Assembly: GCA_019244185.1 (NCBI GenBank)
Contig: JAFATB010000001.1
Span: forward strand, 1-58,824
Reading direction: 5' to 3'
Source of the DNA: Acidobacteriota bacterium
GTDB lineage: Bacteria > Acidobacteriota > Thermoanaerobaculia > Gp7-AA8
DNA: 58,824 nt
Shown here: in pieces, positions 28,808-39,735 of the stretch
Layout of the letters: each line of letters opens with the position of its first letter
Numbering within the stretch: position 1 is the stretch's first letter
The notes under the pieces: model-generated
What the model saw: the letters and a program-made list of their open reading frames with translations, nothing else
Database searches by the model: none
Told to the model about the DNA's origin: nothing
Translations under genes and position numbers: made by a program

Positions 28808-29530
28808 TTACGCCGGCAGCGTGAAGCAGAACGTGCTGCCTTCGCCCGGCGTCGTTTCGACGCTGAGCTCGCCGCCGTGGCTCTCCACGATGCGCTTCAC
28901 GAGGTAGAGGCCGTAACCGGGACCGCCGCCACGCGCTTTGTCGAGCTTGCTCATCCCGCCGAGCTCGAAGACCTGATTCGCGTAGCGCGTGTCGATGCCA
29001 ATGCCGTTGTCGCGCACGCAGAAGCGCACGCCGTGCGCGTCGCCCGTGCAGTCGATCGCGATCTGCCGCTCGCCTTTCGGACGATCGGTGAAGAAGAGCG
29101 CATTCGACACGAGCGCGCCGATGGCCTCGCGAATCTTTTCGGGATCGACGTTGACGACGGGCAGATCGGTCGGCAGCGCGACGTGCACGTTGCCTTCCTC
29201 GATGAGGAAGTTGTACTTGAGGATCACTTCCTCGACGATCTCGCGCAGCGGCGTCGGCTTGCGCGCGTTCGGACGCGCGAGCAGCTTCACCATGTGCGAC
29301 ATGTCGTCGAGGATCTTCTTCATGTACTGCGCGCTGGAACGGATGCGGCGCAGAAAGTCCTGCCCTTCCTCGTCGAGGTTCGCGAGGTAGTCGGTGAGCA
29401 ACAGATCGCTGAATCCGTCGACCGCAAAAATGGGCGACTTGAGGTCGTGCGACAGCACGCTGAAGAAGCGGACCAGCTCCTCCTGAGTCACCGGACGTTC
29501 GGCCGCCGGAGTTTCCTGCGCGGTTTCGAT
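28808..29530 (-). CDS. Sensorless histidine kinase (HisKA + HATPase_c)
   Basis: SHDLKSP, NALFFT, DNGIGI, GPGYGL. Start uncertain: ATC 29530 behind GGAGGG, or a downstream GTG near 29491. Confidence 0.85.
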   Translation of the reverse strand: METAQETPAAERPVTQEELVRFFSVLSHDLKSPIFAVDGFSDLLLTDYLANLDEEGQDFLRRIRSSAQYMKKILDDMSHMVKLLARPNARKPTPLREIVEEVILKYNFLIEEGNVHVALPTDLPVVNVDPEKIREAIGALVSNALFFTDRPKGERQIAIDCTGDAHGVRFCVRDNGIGIDTRYANQVFELGGMSKLDKARGGGPGYGLYLVKRIVESHGGELSVETTPGEGSTFCFTLPA

Positions 29531-29558
29531 GGCGTATCCCTCCAGGCCGCTCGCGGGC

Positions 29559-29574
29559 TGCAACGTGCGAGCCA
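29559..29574 (-). promoter_or_regulatory. sigma54-like promoter for histidine kinase
   Basis: TGGCTCGCACGTTGCA (GG-N10-GC), close to consensus TGGCACG-N4-TTGC. Confidence 0.65.
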
Positions 29575-29591
29575 CCGCGCGAGGCGCGCGG

Positions 29592-30263
29592 CTACCGTTT
29601 CCGAAAGGCGGCGATCTGTCCGTCGCCGACGATCGTGGCATTCCCTTCGGCGTCGATGACGAGCGCCGTTTTCGCCGGGATGCCGAGGCCGAGGTCCACG
29701 TCCGATAGCGACATCAGCCGCCGCAGCGGCGCGTCGTTCGCGGCATCGAATCCCGTCTCGACCGCGGTGCGCGCGAGCCAGCCGAGAGCCGGAAGCGCGC
29801 CGGTGCCGCCGCGCATGTCGCGTGCGAACGTGCCGAAGCACGAGGCGGCCGCGCCGATGGCGGCGATCACCGCACCGTTCGCCGCCGCGTCGCGCATCGC
29901 GACATCCGCCGGCGACTCGCGCAGCGTCGCGAGGAGATTGTTCGACACGCCGCCGCCGAGGTAGACCAGGCCCGCCGCGAGGATCGCGTTGAGGCTCTTC
30001 TGCCGGCGCGCGTCGCGGCCGCGGTAGATCGGCACGTTCACGACCTCGACGGTCGGATCGAGATTGCGGACGTACGCGCCGAAGTGCACCGCGTACTCAG
30101 CGGAGCCGGATGCCGTCGGCAGAAACGCGATCGTGCGGCGGTCGCGCGGCATGCGCGCGAGCAGCAGCTCGTCGATCTCGCGAGTCTCCCCGAAGGAGAA
30201 TTCGCCGCCGCCGATGAGGACGAGCGTCGAGACCGGCGTCGCGAGCGCGACGGAAAGCTTCAT
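29592..30263 (-). CDS. Peptidase S51/cyanophycinase-like class I glutamine-amidotransferase-fold protein, apparently inactive
   Basis: LVLIGGGE, FLPTAS, VYLGGG, LGIP..TAL; nucleophile elbow reads AIGAA instead of GxSAG. Confidence 0.75.
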   Translation of the reverse strand: MKLSVALATPVSTLVLIGGGEFSFGETREIDELLLARMPRDRRTIAFLPTASGSAEYAVHFGAYVRNLDPTVEVVNVPIYRGRDARRQKSLNAILAAGLVYLGGGVSNNLLATLRESPADVAMRDAAANGAVIAAIGAAASCFGTFARDMRGGTGALPALGWLARTAVETGFDAANDAPLRRLMSLSDVDLGLGIPAKTALVIDAEGNATIVGDGQIAAFRKR

Positions 30264-30294
30264 CGCCGCGCATCGTACCCCGTAGACTAGCGGC

Positions 30295-30999
30295 ATGCGC
30301 CGCATCATCGCCGTCCTCGCGCTCGTCGCCGCTCTTCCGCTTTTCGCGCAGCAGCCGCAGGCGGCCGCGCACCCCACAACGCCGCAGCCCGCGCCTGCAA
30401 CGGCCGCGCAGCCCGCGCCGCCGCCCGTCACGCCCGATCAGCTCTGGAACGCGCTGCTGCAGAGCAACAAGCAGTTCGCCGCCGGCAAGATCGCGTATGA
30501 CGATCTCGACAAAGAGCGCGCGCAGTTCCTCAACTTTCAGGCGCCGCCGGTGACGATCCTCTCCTGCTCCGACAGCCGCGTGCCGCCGGAGCTCGTCTTC
30601 CATCAGTCCCTCGGCGTGCTGTTCGTCGTGCGCAGCGCCGGCAACGTCGCCGACGACTTCGGCATCGCCTCGATCGAGTACGCGATCCTGCACAAGTACA
30701 CGAAATTGATCGTCGTCCTCGGACACCAGAACTGCGGCGCCGTCGCCTCCGCCCTCGAGCCCGCCGATCCCGTGACGCCCAGCCTCCTCGACCTCGTGAC
30801 CCGCATCCGCAGCTCGTTCGTCAACATCCCATACGAACAAGCCAGCCTCCCGCGCGCCATCGAAGCGAACGCGCGCGCGTCAGCCGCGCAGCTGCTCGCA
30901 AAGAGCCACGTCATCCGCGACGCGGTGGTGTCGAAGCAGGTGAAGGTGGTCGCCGCGTATTACGACTTCAATACGGGGTTGGTGAGGGCGCTCGACTAG
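30295..30999 (+). CDS. Secreted beta-class carbonic anhydrase
   Basis: CSDSRV, RSAGN, GHQNCGAV; signal peptide plus P/A/Q-rich linker. Confidence 0.93.
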   Translation: MRRIIAVLALVAALPLFAQQPQAAAHPTTPQPAPATAAQPAPPPVTPDQLWNALLQSNKQFAAGKIAYDDLDKERAQFLNFQAPPVTILSCSDSRVPPELVFHQSLGVLFVVRSAGNVADDFGIASIEYAILHKYTKLIVVLGHQNCGAVASALEPADPVTPSLLDLVTRIRSSFVNIPYEQASLPRAIEANARASAAQLLAKSHVIRDAVVSKQVKVVAAYYDFNTGLVRALD

Positions 31000-31114
31000 G
31001 CCGGGCCGGCCCGGCCGGCTGCGCTGATTGCCCAAGGCTATCCGCACGTGCGGCCGCTTCGTAGGCCGATGCAGCGCAACCGCGTCGCGCAACATCGAGC
31101 TGCAGCCGCACGTG
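30999..31114. repeat. Palindrome and stem-loop in convergent intergenic region
   Basis: Perfect 18-bp palindrome GGCCGGGCCGGCCCGGCC (30999-31016); inverted repeat CACGTGCGGC (31045-54) / GCCGCACGTG (31105-14). Confidence 0.45.
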
Positions 31115-31117
31115 AGA

Positions 31118-32047
31118 CTAGGCTCGGCCCTTAGCGCCGCGGGCCGTGCCCGCCCACACCTCTTCCAACTTCGCCCCCATGTCGCTCGGCGCTTTCACCA
31201 CGTGAATGCCGGCCGCGGTGAGGGCGGCCATCTTCTCCGCGGCCGTTCCCTGGCCGCCGCTGATGATGGCGCCGGCGTGGCCCATGCGGCGTCCGGGAGG
31301 GGCGGTCTGGCCGGCGATGAAGGCGACCACCGGCTTCGTGACATTCGCCTTCACGAACGCGGCGGCGTCTTCTTCGGCGCTGCCGCCGATCTCGCCGATC
31401 ATGATGATCGCTTCGGTCGCGGGGTCCGCCTGGAACGCGGCGAGGCAATCGATGAAGTTCGTGCCCGGCAGCGGATCGCCGCCGATGCCGACCGCGGTCG
31501 ACTGGCCGATGCCGCGCGAGGAGAGCTGGCCGACCGCCTCGTACGTGAGCGTTCCCGAGCGCGACACGATGCCGATCGGGCCTTCGCGATGAATGTGGCC
31601 CGGCATGATGCCGATCTTCGCCTGGCCCGGCGTCATGATGCCGGGGCAGTTCGGTCCGATGAGGCGCGACGGCGAACGTCCTTCGGCAACGCGGCGCGCG
31701 TTGTTCTTCTTCAGAAAGTCGTGCGCCTTGACCATGTCGTTCACCGGGATGCCCTCGGTGATGCAGATGATCAGCTCGAGGCCCGCGTCGGCCGACTCCA
31801 TGATCGCGTCGGCCGCGAACGGCGGCGGCACGAAGATCAGCGAGCAGTTCGCGCCCGCTTTCTCGCGCGCCTCGCGCACCGTGTTGAAGACGTCGAAGCC
31901 TTCGTGCGTCGTGCCGCCCTTGCCCGGCGTCACGCCGCCGACGACCTGCGTGCCGTAGTCGCGGCATTGGATCGCGTGGAACGTGCCCTCGCGGCCCGTG
32001 ATGCCCTGAACGATGACTCGTGTGTTCTTGTCAGCCCAGATTGCCAT
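31118..32047 (-). CDS. sucD: Succinyl-CoA synthetase alpha subunit
   Basis: [38 protein letters not shown]. Confidence 0.97.
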   Translation of the reverse strand: MAIWADKNTRVIVQGITGREGTFHAIQCRDYGTQVVGGVTPGKGGTTHEGFDVFNTVREAREKAGANCSLIFVPPPFAADAIMESADAGLELIICITEGIPVNDMVKAHDFLKKNNARRVAEGRSPSRLIGPNCPGIMTPGQAKIGIMPGHIHREGPIGIVSRSGTLTYEAVGQLSSRGIGQSTAVGIGGDPLPGTNFIDCLAAFQADPATEAIIMIGEIGGSAEEDAAAFVKANVTKPVVAFIAGQTAPPGRRMGHAGAIISGGQGTAAEKMAALTAAGIHVVKAPSDMGAKLEEVWAGTARGAKGRA

Positions 32048-32052
32048 GTCGA

Positions 32053-33216
<1,164 letters not shown>

Positions 33217-33227
33217 AAGGCGCGCAT

Positions 33228-34322
33228 TTGTACCAAATCGGGGATGAAATCACCATCGAGCCAACCGACCTCGTCGCGGGCGGTGCGGCGCTCGCGCGCG
33301 TCGACGGATACGCGGTCTTCGCGACGAACGTCTTTCCCGGCGACGTCGCGCGCGTGCGTCTGCATGAAGTGAAAAAGGGCTTCGCGCGCGCGACGCTCGT
33401 CGAGCTGGTGAAGCCGAGTCCATGGCGGCGCGCGGAGCCGTGTCCGATCGCGGAGGAATGCGGCGGCTGCGACTGGACGGCGCTGCGGCTCGACAAGCAG
33501 CTCGAGGCGAAGCGGCGGATTCTCGTCGAGTCGCTGCGTCGCATCGGCAAGCTCGATCCGGCGACGCTGCCGGAGATCGCGCTGCATCCGTCGCCGCTCA
33601 ACTACCGGCTGCGTTCGCGGCTGCATCGCGACGGCGACGCGATCGGCTTCTTCGCCATGCAGTCGCATCGCGTGGTGCCGCTGTCATCGCAATGCGAAGT
33701 GGTCGGCTTGCGCACGCGCGAGCAGCCGGCCGAAGGGGAGTCGTGGGAGCTCGACGGCCGCGTGATCACGGACGGCGAGCTAGAGATCGATGGATATCAA
33801 CTCGCCACCGGCGCGTTCTTTCAGGTCAACCGGCATCTCCTCGAGACGATGCTCAACCTCGTGCGCGGTCTCGCCGGACGCACGAGAGCGAAGCGCAGCG
33901 CGATCGATCTGTATGCGGGCGTCGGCTTCTTTACCGTGCCGCTGGCGCAGCAGTTCGAGCGCGTGACGAGCGTCGAAGGCTCGCCGCTGTCGCACGCCTA
34001 TGCAAAACGAAACGCCCCGGAGAACGTGCGCGTCGTGCGCGCGGCGATCGAGGAGTACGTGACGCGCATGCCGCGCGCGGACCTCGTTTTTCTCGATCCG
34101 CCGCGCGCGGGCGCGAAGCACAACGTGATCGACGCGGTGGCCGCGAAAACGAACGAGCGCATTTGCTTCCTCGCCTGCGATCCGGTAACGTTTGCCCGGG
34201 ACGCGAGCCGGCTGATCGCGTCGGGCTGGCGCCTCTCCACGCTGGACCTACTCGACCTCTTTCCGAATACCCATCACGTCGAAACGCTCTCCTCGTTCGA
34301 GCGTGCGCAATCCGTTTCGTAA
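33228..34322 (+). CDS. TRAM-domain RNA (uracil-5)-methyltransferase, RlmD/TrmA family
   Basis: [10 protein letters not shown] Fe-S motif, [39 protein letters not shown]. Confidence 0.9.
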   Translation: MYQIGDEITIEPTDLVAGGAALARVDGYAVFATNVFPGDVARVRLHEVKKGFARATLVELVKPSPWRRAEPCPIAEECGGCDWTALRLDKQLEAKRRILVESLRRIGKLDPATLPEIALHPSPLNYRLRSRLHRDGDAIGFFAMQSHRVVPLSSQCEVVGLRTREQPAEGESWELDGRVITDGELEIDGYQLATGAFFQVNRHLLETMLNLVRGLAGRTRAKRSAIDLYAGVGFFTVPLAQQFERVTSVEGSPLSHAYAKRNAPENVRVVRAAIEEYVTRMPRADLVFLDPPRAGAKHNVIDAVAAKTNERICFLACDPVTFARDASRLIASGWRLSTLDLLDLFPNTHHVETLSSFERAQSVS

Positions 34323-36471
34323 GGAACGACGAACCGACATCCCTGCCGCACTTCCACTAATCGGTTTTCTCTCCGGCCTCGCCGCCGGACCGCTGCTCGT
34401 CAATCCACGCGCGACCCTCGTCGCGTTGCTCGTCGTCGCGCTGCTGCTGCGTGCGCGCGGCGTCGCTGCACTCTTCGCCGCGTTTGGACTCTTCATCGCG
34501 TTGCACGCGCAGCAACGGGACCTACGCGAGGCGGAAGCATTCGCGTCCTTCGACGCGGACCGCTTCGTCGCCATCGATGCCGAGCTTGCGCACGACTGGA
34601 TGCCGCGCGACGGCGTGTACCTGCTGCGCGTGGCGAGCTTCCGCGCGAACGGCATCCCGTTCGACGCGCCGCTGACGATCGCCGCGCGGTTCCCGCCGCC
34701 GCCGCTGGCGATGTTTGCGCGCGTGCACGCCGAAGGCTTTCTGCGCCGCGGCGACGACGGGCGTTACAGCATCGCCGTCAAGGCGCCGCGGCTGCTCGCG
34801 TACGACGGCGCGCTGCCGTGGTGGCATCCCGCGGCGTGGAATCGCAGGCTCGCGAATCGGCTCGCGCCGTACGCCGCGCGTCATCCCGACGAGGTCGCGC
34901 TCGCGGAAGCGCTCGCTCTCGGCCGCGGCGAGCTGCTGTCCGACGAGATCCGCGACGGCTTCCGCCGCGGCGGCACATATCACCTGCTCGTGTTTTCCGG
35001 TTTGCAGATCGCGTTCGCCGCGGCGGTGCTCGCGGCGCTCCTGCGCGGACTCGATGCGCTGCGCGTGTCCGACTGGCTCCTGCTCGCGGTCGCGCTGCTC
35101 GCGCCGGCCTTCATCGGTCCCACCGCATCCGTCGCGCGCTCGAGTCTCGGCATCGGCCTCTACGCGCTGGCGCGGCTCACGCGACGTCCGACCTCGCTCG
35201 AGAATCTCTGGTGCGTCGCCGCGCTGCTGCGGCTCGCGCTCGAGCCGCGCGATCTCTTCGATCCGGCCTTTCATCTCACCTACGCCGGCGCCGGCGCGCT
35301 GCTCTTCGCGGGCAAGCTCGGACGGCCGCGCTGGCTCGCGCACATCATCGCCGCGGAAGTCGTGCTCACGCCGCTCGTGCTCTTTCACTTTCACCAGTAC
35401 GCCCTCGGCGGCGCGCTGCTGACGATCGTGCTCGCGCCGCTCATCTTCGCCATGCTCGCCGTCTCCGCTGCCGCGTGCGCGTGGCCGTGCGACGCGCTCT
35501 TCGGCGTGCTCGCGCTGCTCCATCGCGTCTGCACGTTCGTCAACCGCTTCGGCCTCTCCGGCACGTTCGCCGCGCCACCGCCCGCCGCCCTCATCGTCGC
35601 CGCGACGCTCGCGCTCTTCGCGATCGCGTTCCTGCGCCAACGCGCGCGCGCCGTGGCCGTGCTCGCGGCGATGCTCATCCCGACCGTCGCCGCGCTCGTG
35701 AAGTCGCACGCGGAGGCACAGATCGACGCGCCGCGGGTCACGTTCTTCGACGTCGGTCAGGGCGACGCGATCGCCATCCGCACGCGCAACGCCACGCTCC
35801 TCGTCGACGGCGGACGCGGCACGCGCATCGTGCAACTCCTCGCCGACCGCGGTGTGCGGCGCCTCGATGCCGTCTACCTGACGCACGCGCATCCCGATCA
35901 TTGCGAAGGACTGCCGGCCGTGGTCGAGCAGTTCCGCGTCGCCAACGTCTACGTCTCCGCGCGCCGGTTCCGCGGCGACTGCGCCACGCGCCTCCTCGAC
36001 GCGTGCATCACCACGCACACGCCCGTGCATGTCGTGCGCGATGGCGCGACGTTCGCCTTCGATGACCTCCGCATCGAGGCGCTCGCCGCATCGCAAACGT
36101 TCCGCCGCGCGCCGGAGAACAACGCCTCGCTCGTACTGCGCGTCACCGCGGCCGGCCGCCGCTTCCTCCTCACCGGCGACATCGAGCGCGAAGCCGAGCT
36201 CGACCTCGGCGGACGCGACCTCCGCGCCGACGTTCTCAAGGTCGCGCATCACGGCAGCCGCACGTCGACCTCACCGTCGCTCCTCGCCGCCGTCGCACCG
36301 CGCATCGCCGTCATCTCCTGCGGCCGCCAGAACCTTTTCGGACATCCGCACGCGTCGGTGCTGGCCGCGCTCGCGGCGCGGCGCGTTCGCACGTGGCGCA
36401 CGGACCGCGACGGCTCCGTCGACGTCGAGGTCCGCGAAGGCCGCCTGTACGTCCGCTCGCGAAACGATTAG
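34303..36471 (+). CDS. comEC: DNA uptake channel ComEC/Rec2
   Basis: HLLVFSGLQ competence domain, many TMs, MBL domain DVGQGD, THAHPDH, TGD, AHHGS, FGHPH. Confidence 0.92.
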   Translation: MRNPFRKERRTDIPAALPLIGFLSGLAAGPLLVNPRATLVALLVVALLLRARGVAALFAAFGLFIALHAQQRDLREAEAFASFDADRFVAIDAELAHDWMPRDGVYLLRVASFRANGIPFDAPLTIAARFPPPPLAMFARVHAEGFLRRGDDGRYSIAVKAPRLLAYDGALPWWHPAAWNRRLANRLAPYAARHPDEVALAEALALGRGELLSDEIRDGFRRGGTYHLLVFSGLQIAFAAAVLAALLRGLDALRVSDWLLLAVALLAPAFIGPTASVARSSLGIGLYALARLTRRPTSLENLWCVAALLRLALEPRDLFDPAFHLTYAGAGALLFAGKLGRPRWLAHIIAAEVVLTPLVLFHFHQYALGGALLTIVLAPLIFAMLAVSAAACAWPCDALFGVLALLHRVCTFVNRFGLSGTFAAPPPAALIVAATLALFAIAFLRQRARAVAVLAAMLIPTVAALVKSHAEAQIDAPRVTFFDVGQGDAIAIRTRNATLLVDGGRGTRIVQLLADRGVRRLDAVYLTHAHPDHCEGLPAVVEQFRVANVYVSARRFRGDCATRLLDACITTHTPVHVVRDGATFAFDDLRIEALAASQTFRRAPENNASLVLRVTAAGRRFLLTGDIEREAELDLGGRDLRADVLKVAHHGSRTSTSPSLLAAVAPRIAVISCGRQNLFGHPHASVLAALAARRVRTWRTDRDGSVDVEVREGRLYVRSRND

Positions 36472-36489
36472 AGTGGAGGCACTTCGACC

Positions 36490-36816
36490 ATGTCGACCAC
36501 TCTGTTGCGGCTCGGTCTGTGGACGCTGATTCTCGTGCTCGCGCTGTACGTCGTGCACGAGGCATACGCCGAAGAAACGTGGGTCGAGATGATCCCCATG
36601 CAGGCGCTGCAGCAGGCGCTCGTCCTGTCGGTGCTCGTGATCGTGGCCGGCATCGTGGCGCGCATCTTCGACCGCGGCGCGAGCATGGTGGTGAAGAACC
36701 GCTGCCGCGTCTGCAAGACGCCCATCCCGAAAGGCGCGCTCTACTGCCGCGCGCACCTGCGCTCGATCCTCTCCCACGAAGACGAGAAAACGCACATGAC
36801 CCGCGTTCGGAAGTGA
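36490..36816 (+). CDS. Two-TM protein with C-terminal Zn-ribbon (CxxC-x10-CxxH)
   Basis: GGAGG SD; CRVCKTPIPKGALYCRAH. Confidence 0.75.
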   Translation: MSTTLLRLGLWTLILVLALYVVHEAYAEETWVEMIPMQALQQALVLSVLVIVAGIVARIFDRGASMVVKNRCRVCKTPIPKGALYCRAHLRSILSHEDEKTHMTRVRK

Positions 36817-37751
36817 CGGATTTCGAGGAGCAGCGCCACCCCCTGATCGTCATCGCCGGCCCCACCGGCTCCGGCAAATCCGAGCTCGCGCTCCGCCTCG
36901 CGCAGTCCCTCGGCGGCGAGATCGTGAACTACGACTCCGTGCAGATCTACCGCGGCTTCGACATCGGCAGCGCGAAGCCCTCACCCGCGCAACGCGCGCT
37001 CGTGCCGCATCACCTCTTCGCCCTCATCGATGCCGACGAGGAGTTCAACGCCGCCGACTACGGCCGCCGCGCGCGCGCGGTCTGTGACGAGATCGCCGCG
37101 CGCGGCAAACGCGCGATCCTCGCCGGCGGCACGTTCTTCTACCTCCGCGCGCTGCTCTCCGGCCTCCCCGAGATGCCCGGCCGCGACGAGGCGTTGCGCG
37201 CGCGCATCCGCCGCATCGCCAGCGCGCCGCGCGGCGCCGCACGCCTCCATCGCTGGCTGTCGAAAATCGATCCGCGAAGTGGTAGAAAGATCGTCGCGGC
37301 GGACCGGCATCGCGTCGAGCGCGCCCTCGAAGTGTGGCTGACCAGCGGACGTCCGATCTCGGCGTGGGAGCGCAGCAACGCGGACGAGCTGCCGTCGATC
37401 AAGCTGGCGCTCACGCTCGACCGCGGCGCGCTGCACGAGCGGCTCGACGCGCGCGTCGCGGCGATGTATCGCGACGGCCTCATCGACGAGACGCGCGCGT
37501 TGCTCGCGCGCTTCCCGGGAACGGCGCGGCCGTTCGGCACGATCGGCTACAAAGAGGCGGTCGCGGTCGTCCGCGGCACGATGACGGAAACCGCCGCGAT
37601 CGCGGAAACACGCCGCCGCACGCGCGCGTATGCAAAACGGCAAATGACATGGCTGCGGTCGGAGCGAAACGTGCAGTGGCTCGACGCAACCGGCGGAATC
37701 GAATCGATCACGGCGGCCGCGCTGCGGCGCCTGCAAGAGGGAACGAGTTGA
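36813..37751 (+). CDS. miaA: tRNA dimethylallyltransferase
   Basis: GPTGSGKS, DSVQIYRGFDIGSAKP, GGTFFY, IGYKE, YAKRQMTW. Confidence 0.96.
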   Translation: MTDFEEQRHPLIVIAGPTGSGKSELALRLAQSLGGEIVNYDSVQIYRGFDIGSAKPSPAQRALVPHHLFALIDADEEFNAADYGRRARAVCDEIAARGKRAILAGGTFFYLRALLSGLPEMPGRDEALRARIRRIASAPRGAARLHRWLSKIDPRSGRKIVAADRHRVERALEVWLTSGRPISAWERSNADELPSIKLALTLDRGALHERLDARVAAMYRDGLIDETRALLARFPGTARPFGTIGYKEAVAVVRGTMTETAAIAETRRRTRAYAKRQMTWLRSERNVQWLDATGGIESITAAALRRLQEGTS

Positions 37752-39028
37752 AGCGAACGAAGATCGAGTTGCTCCTGGCCGCGGCACTTGCCATCGCAAT
37801 GGTCGCGGCGCGCTGTACGACGGCTCCGGCCCCGCCGCCGGCCGTGAATCCCGAAGCCGCGGACCGCTACCTCATCGACCCGCGCACCGGCTCGAGCGCG
37901 CCCATCGCGCCGCCGCTCACCTCGCGCTTCGACGCGGCGTGGCAGTACGTCGAGGCCGGCCAGGATGCGGAAGCGGTCCGCCGCCTCGACGAGATCCTGC
38001 GCAAGAATCCCGACTTCATGCCGGCGAAGCTCGCGCTCGTCGCGATCGACATCCGCGCCGGCCGTTTCAACGACGCGACGCGCGCGCTGCAGGCGCTCCC
38101 CGCCTCGCTCGTCACGCGCGTGTACGAGGCGGAGATCGCCGTGCGCCAGCACGACACGCGCCGCGCGTACGACCTCTACCGCGCCATTGCCGGCGAGGCC
38201 AACGCGCCCGCCACCGCACGCGAGCGCATCGCCGAGCTCGAGACGGCGATGTTCAACGATCTCTTCGCCGCCGCGCAGAGTGCGCCGGACACCGAGTCGA
38301 TCCGCCTGCTGCGCGAGGCCCTCGCGCTCAATCCCGGCGCGACCGACGCGCGCATTCTCCTCGCGCGCAAGCTCGCCACGCAGCGCGAGTTCGACGAGTC
38401 TCGCGCAGCCCTCGAGCCGATCCTCGGCAGCGCCGCGGTCGATCGCGCGGAAGTGCAGGAAACGCTCGCGGAGATCGACGCGGGTCGCGGGCGCTATCAG
38501 GAAGCGATCGTGCGCTACGAGCGGCTCGCGCGCCGCACCAAAGAGCCGCGCTACACGGCACGCCTCGACGAGCTGAAGGAAATCTGGAGCTCCGAGAACA
38601 TGCCGCCGCAATACCGGCAGGCGTTCGAGAGCACGAGCCTCACCCGCGCGGAGCTCGCGGTGCTGCTCTACTGGAGCGTGCCGTCCGTGCGCTTCGCGCA
38701 GAACCTCGCCTCGCCGCCGATCGCCGTCGACATCGCCGACGTCCCCGGCCGCGAGGAGATCATCCGCGCGATCGCCATCGGCATGTACGACGTCGATCCG
38801 GTCACGCGCCGCGTCGGTCCGTTCCGCCAACTCAACGCCGGCGCACTGACCCGCGTCCTCGGCCGCCTGCTGCAGGTGCGCGGCGCGTCATGCGCGCACG
38901 GCACGACCGCGGATCGTACGCTCGCCGCGTGCGGCGTGAGCGATCCGCTGCTGTCGATGGCGCCGGAAACTCCGGTGACGGGGCGGGATGCGCGGCGGTT
39001 GCTGGAGGCGATCGGGAAGCTTCTCTAG
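37748..39028 (+). CDS. TPR-repeat putative lipoprotein with SLH-like C-terminal region
   Basis: TTG start overlapping miaA stop; hydrophobic N-terminus ending in Cys; TPR helices; LTRAELAVLL SLH-like motif. Confidence 0.75.
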   Translation: MKRTKIELLLAAALAIAMVAARCTTAPAPPPAVNPEAADRYLIDPRTGSSAPIAPPLTSRFDAAWQYVEAGQDAEAVRRLDEILRKNPDFMPAKLALVAIDIRAGRFNDATRALQALPASLVTRVYEAEIAVRQHDTRRAYDLYRAIAGEANAPATARERIAELETAMFNDLFAAAQSAPDTESIRLLREALALNPGATDARILLARKLATQREFDESRAALEPILGSAAVDRAEVQETLAEIDAGRGRYQEAIVRYERLARRTKEPRYTARLDELKEIWSSENMPPQYRQAFESTSLTRAELAVLLYWSVPSVRFAQNLASPPIAVDIADVPGREEIIRAIAIGMYDVDPVTRRVGPFRQLNAGALTRVLGRLLQVRGASCAHGTTADRTLAACGVSDPLLSMAPETPVTGRDARRLLEAIGKLL

Positions 39029-39036
39029 CCCACCGC

Positions 39037-39642
39037 TCAACGGAACAAAGTCAACCGCGGCAGCGCGTACTGCTCGCGCACGGCGCGGCGCAGGTGCGCT
39101 TCCTCCGTCCGCGCGCGCGTCTTCTCGTCGAGCTTCGCGCCGCCGATCGCGCGCCGCACTTCCTCGCGCAACGCGTCCGCATCGCCCGCGGCGAGCAGCG
39201 CGTCGAAGAGCTCCTGTTCGAGCGCGATCAACCGTTCTTCGATGCGCGGCACGCTCTGCTCGCGTTCGAGCTCGCGCACGCGCGCGCCGAACGCGCGCAC
39301 GATCTCGTGCTCCGAGCCTTCGAGCTCCGCTGCGAGCGCGGCGAGCAGCGGAGCGGGCGATTCCTCGGGCGCCGCATCCGTCGCGCCGGCGTGCAGTTCG
39401 CGCCGCTCGCTCCAGAGCTCCGTCACCGCGTGCTTGCAGTAACTGAGGCTGTTGATCGCGCGCTTGCGCGCCGCGGCCTCGTTCTTGTCGAACACCGAAT
39501 CGATGGCCTCGATGACCACCGGCAGCGGCACGCCCGCGTCGCTCCACGACTTCATCAGCGCCCAGTCTTTCGCATTCAGGATGAAGGGCGTGCCGCGCCG
39601 CCGCGCGAAGTGCGCCTCGATTTCCGTGAAGTAATCCGACAC
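39037..39642 (-). CDS. Hypothetical protein, possible DnaD-like N-terminal domain
   Basis: DWALMKSWSDAGVPLPVVIEAID...INSLSYCKHAVTELW; extended -10 TGCTACGTT 7 nt before GTG. Confidence 0.7.
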   Translation of the reverse strand: MSDYFTEIEAHFARRRGTPFILNAKDWALMKSWSDAGVPLPVVIEAIDSVFDKNEAAARKRAINSLSYCKHAVTELWSERRELHAGATDAAPEESPAPLLAALAAELEGSEHEIVRAFGARVRELEREQSVPRIEERLIALEQELFDALLAAGDADALREEVRRAIGGAKLDEKTRARTEEAHLRRAVREQYALPRLTLFR

Positions 39643-39735
39643 GCGCGTGAACGTAGCACGAGGTGCGCGGGAACCCGCCACGACACGCTACAATCGCCGC
39701 GCCTTTGAAGGGGCACTCGGACCCGGAGCCCACGC

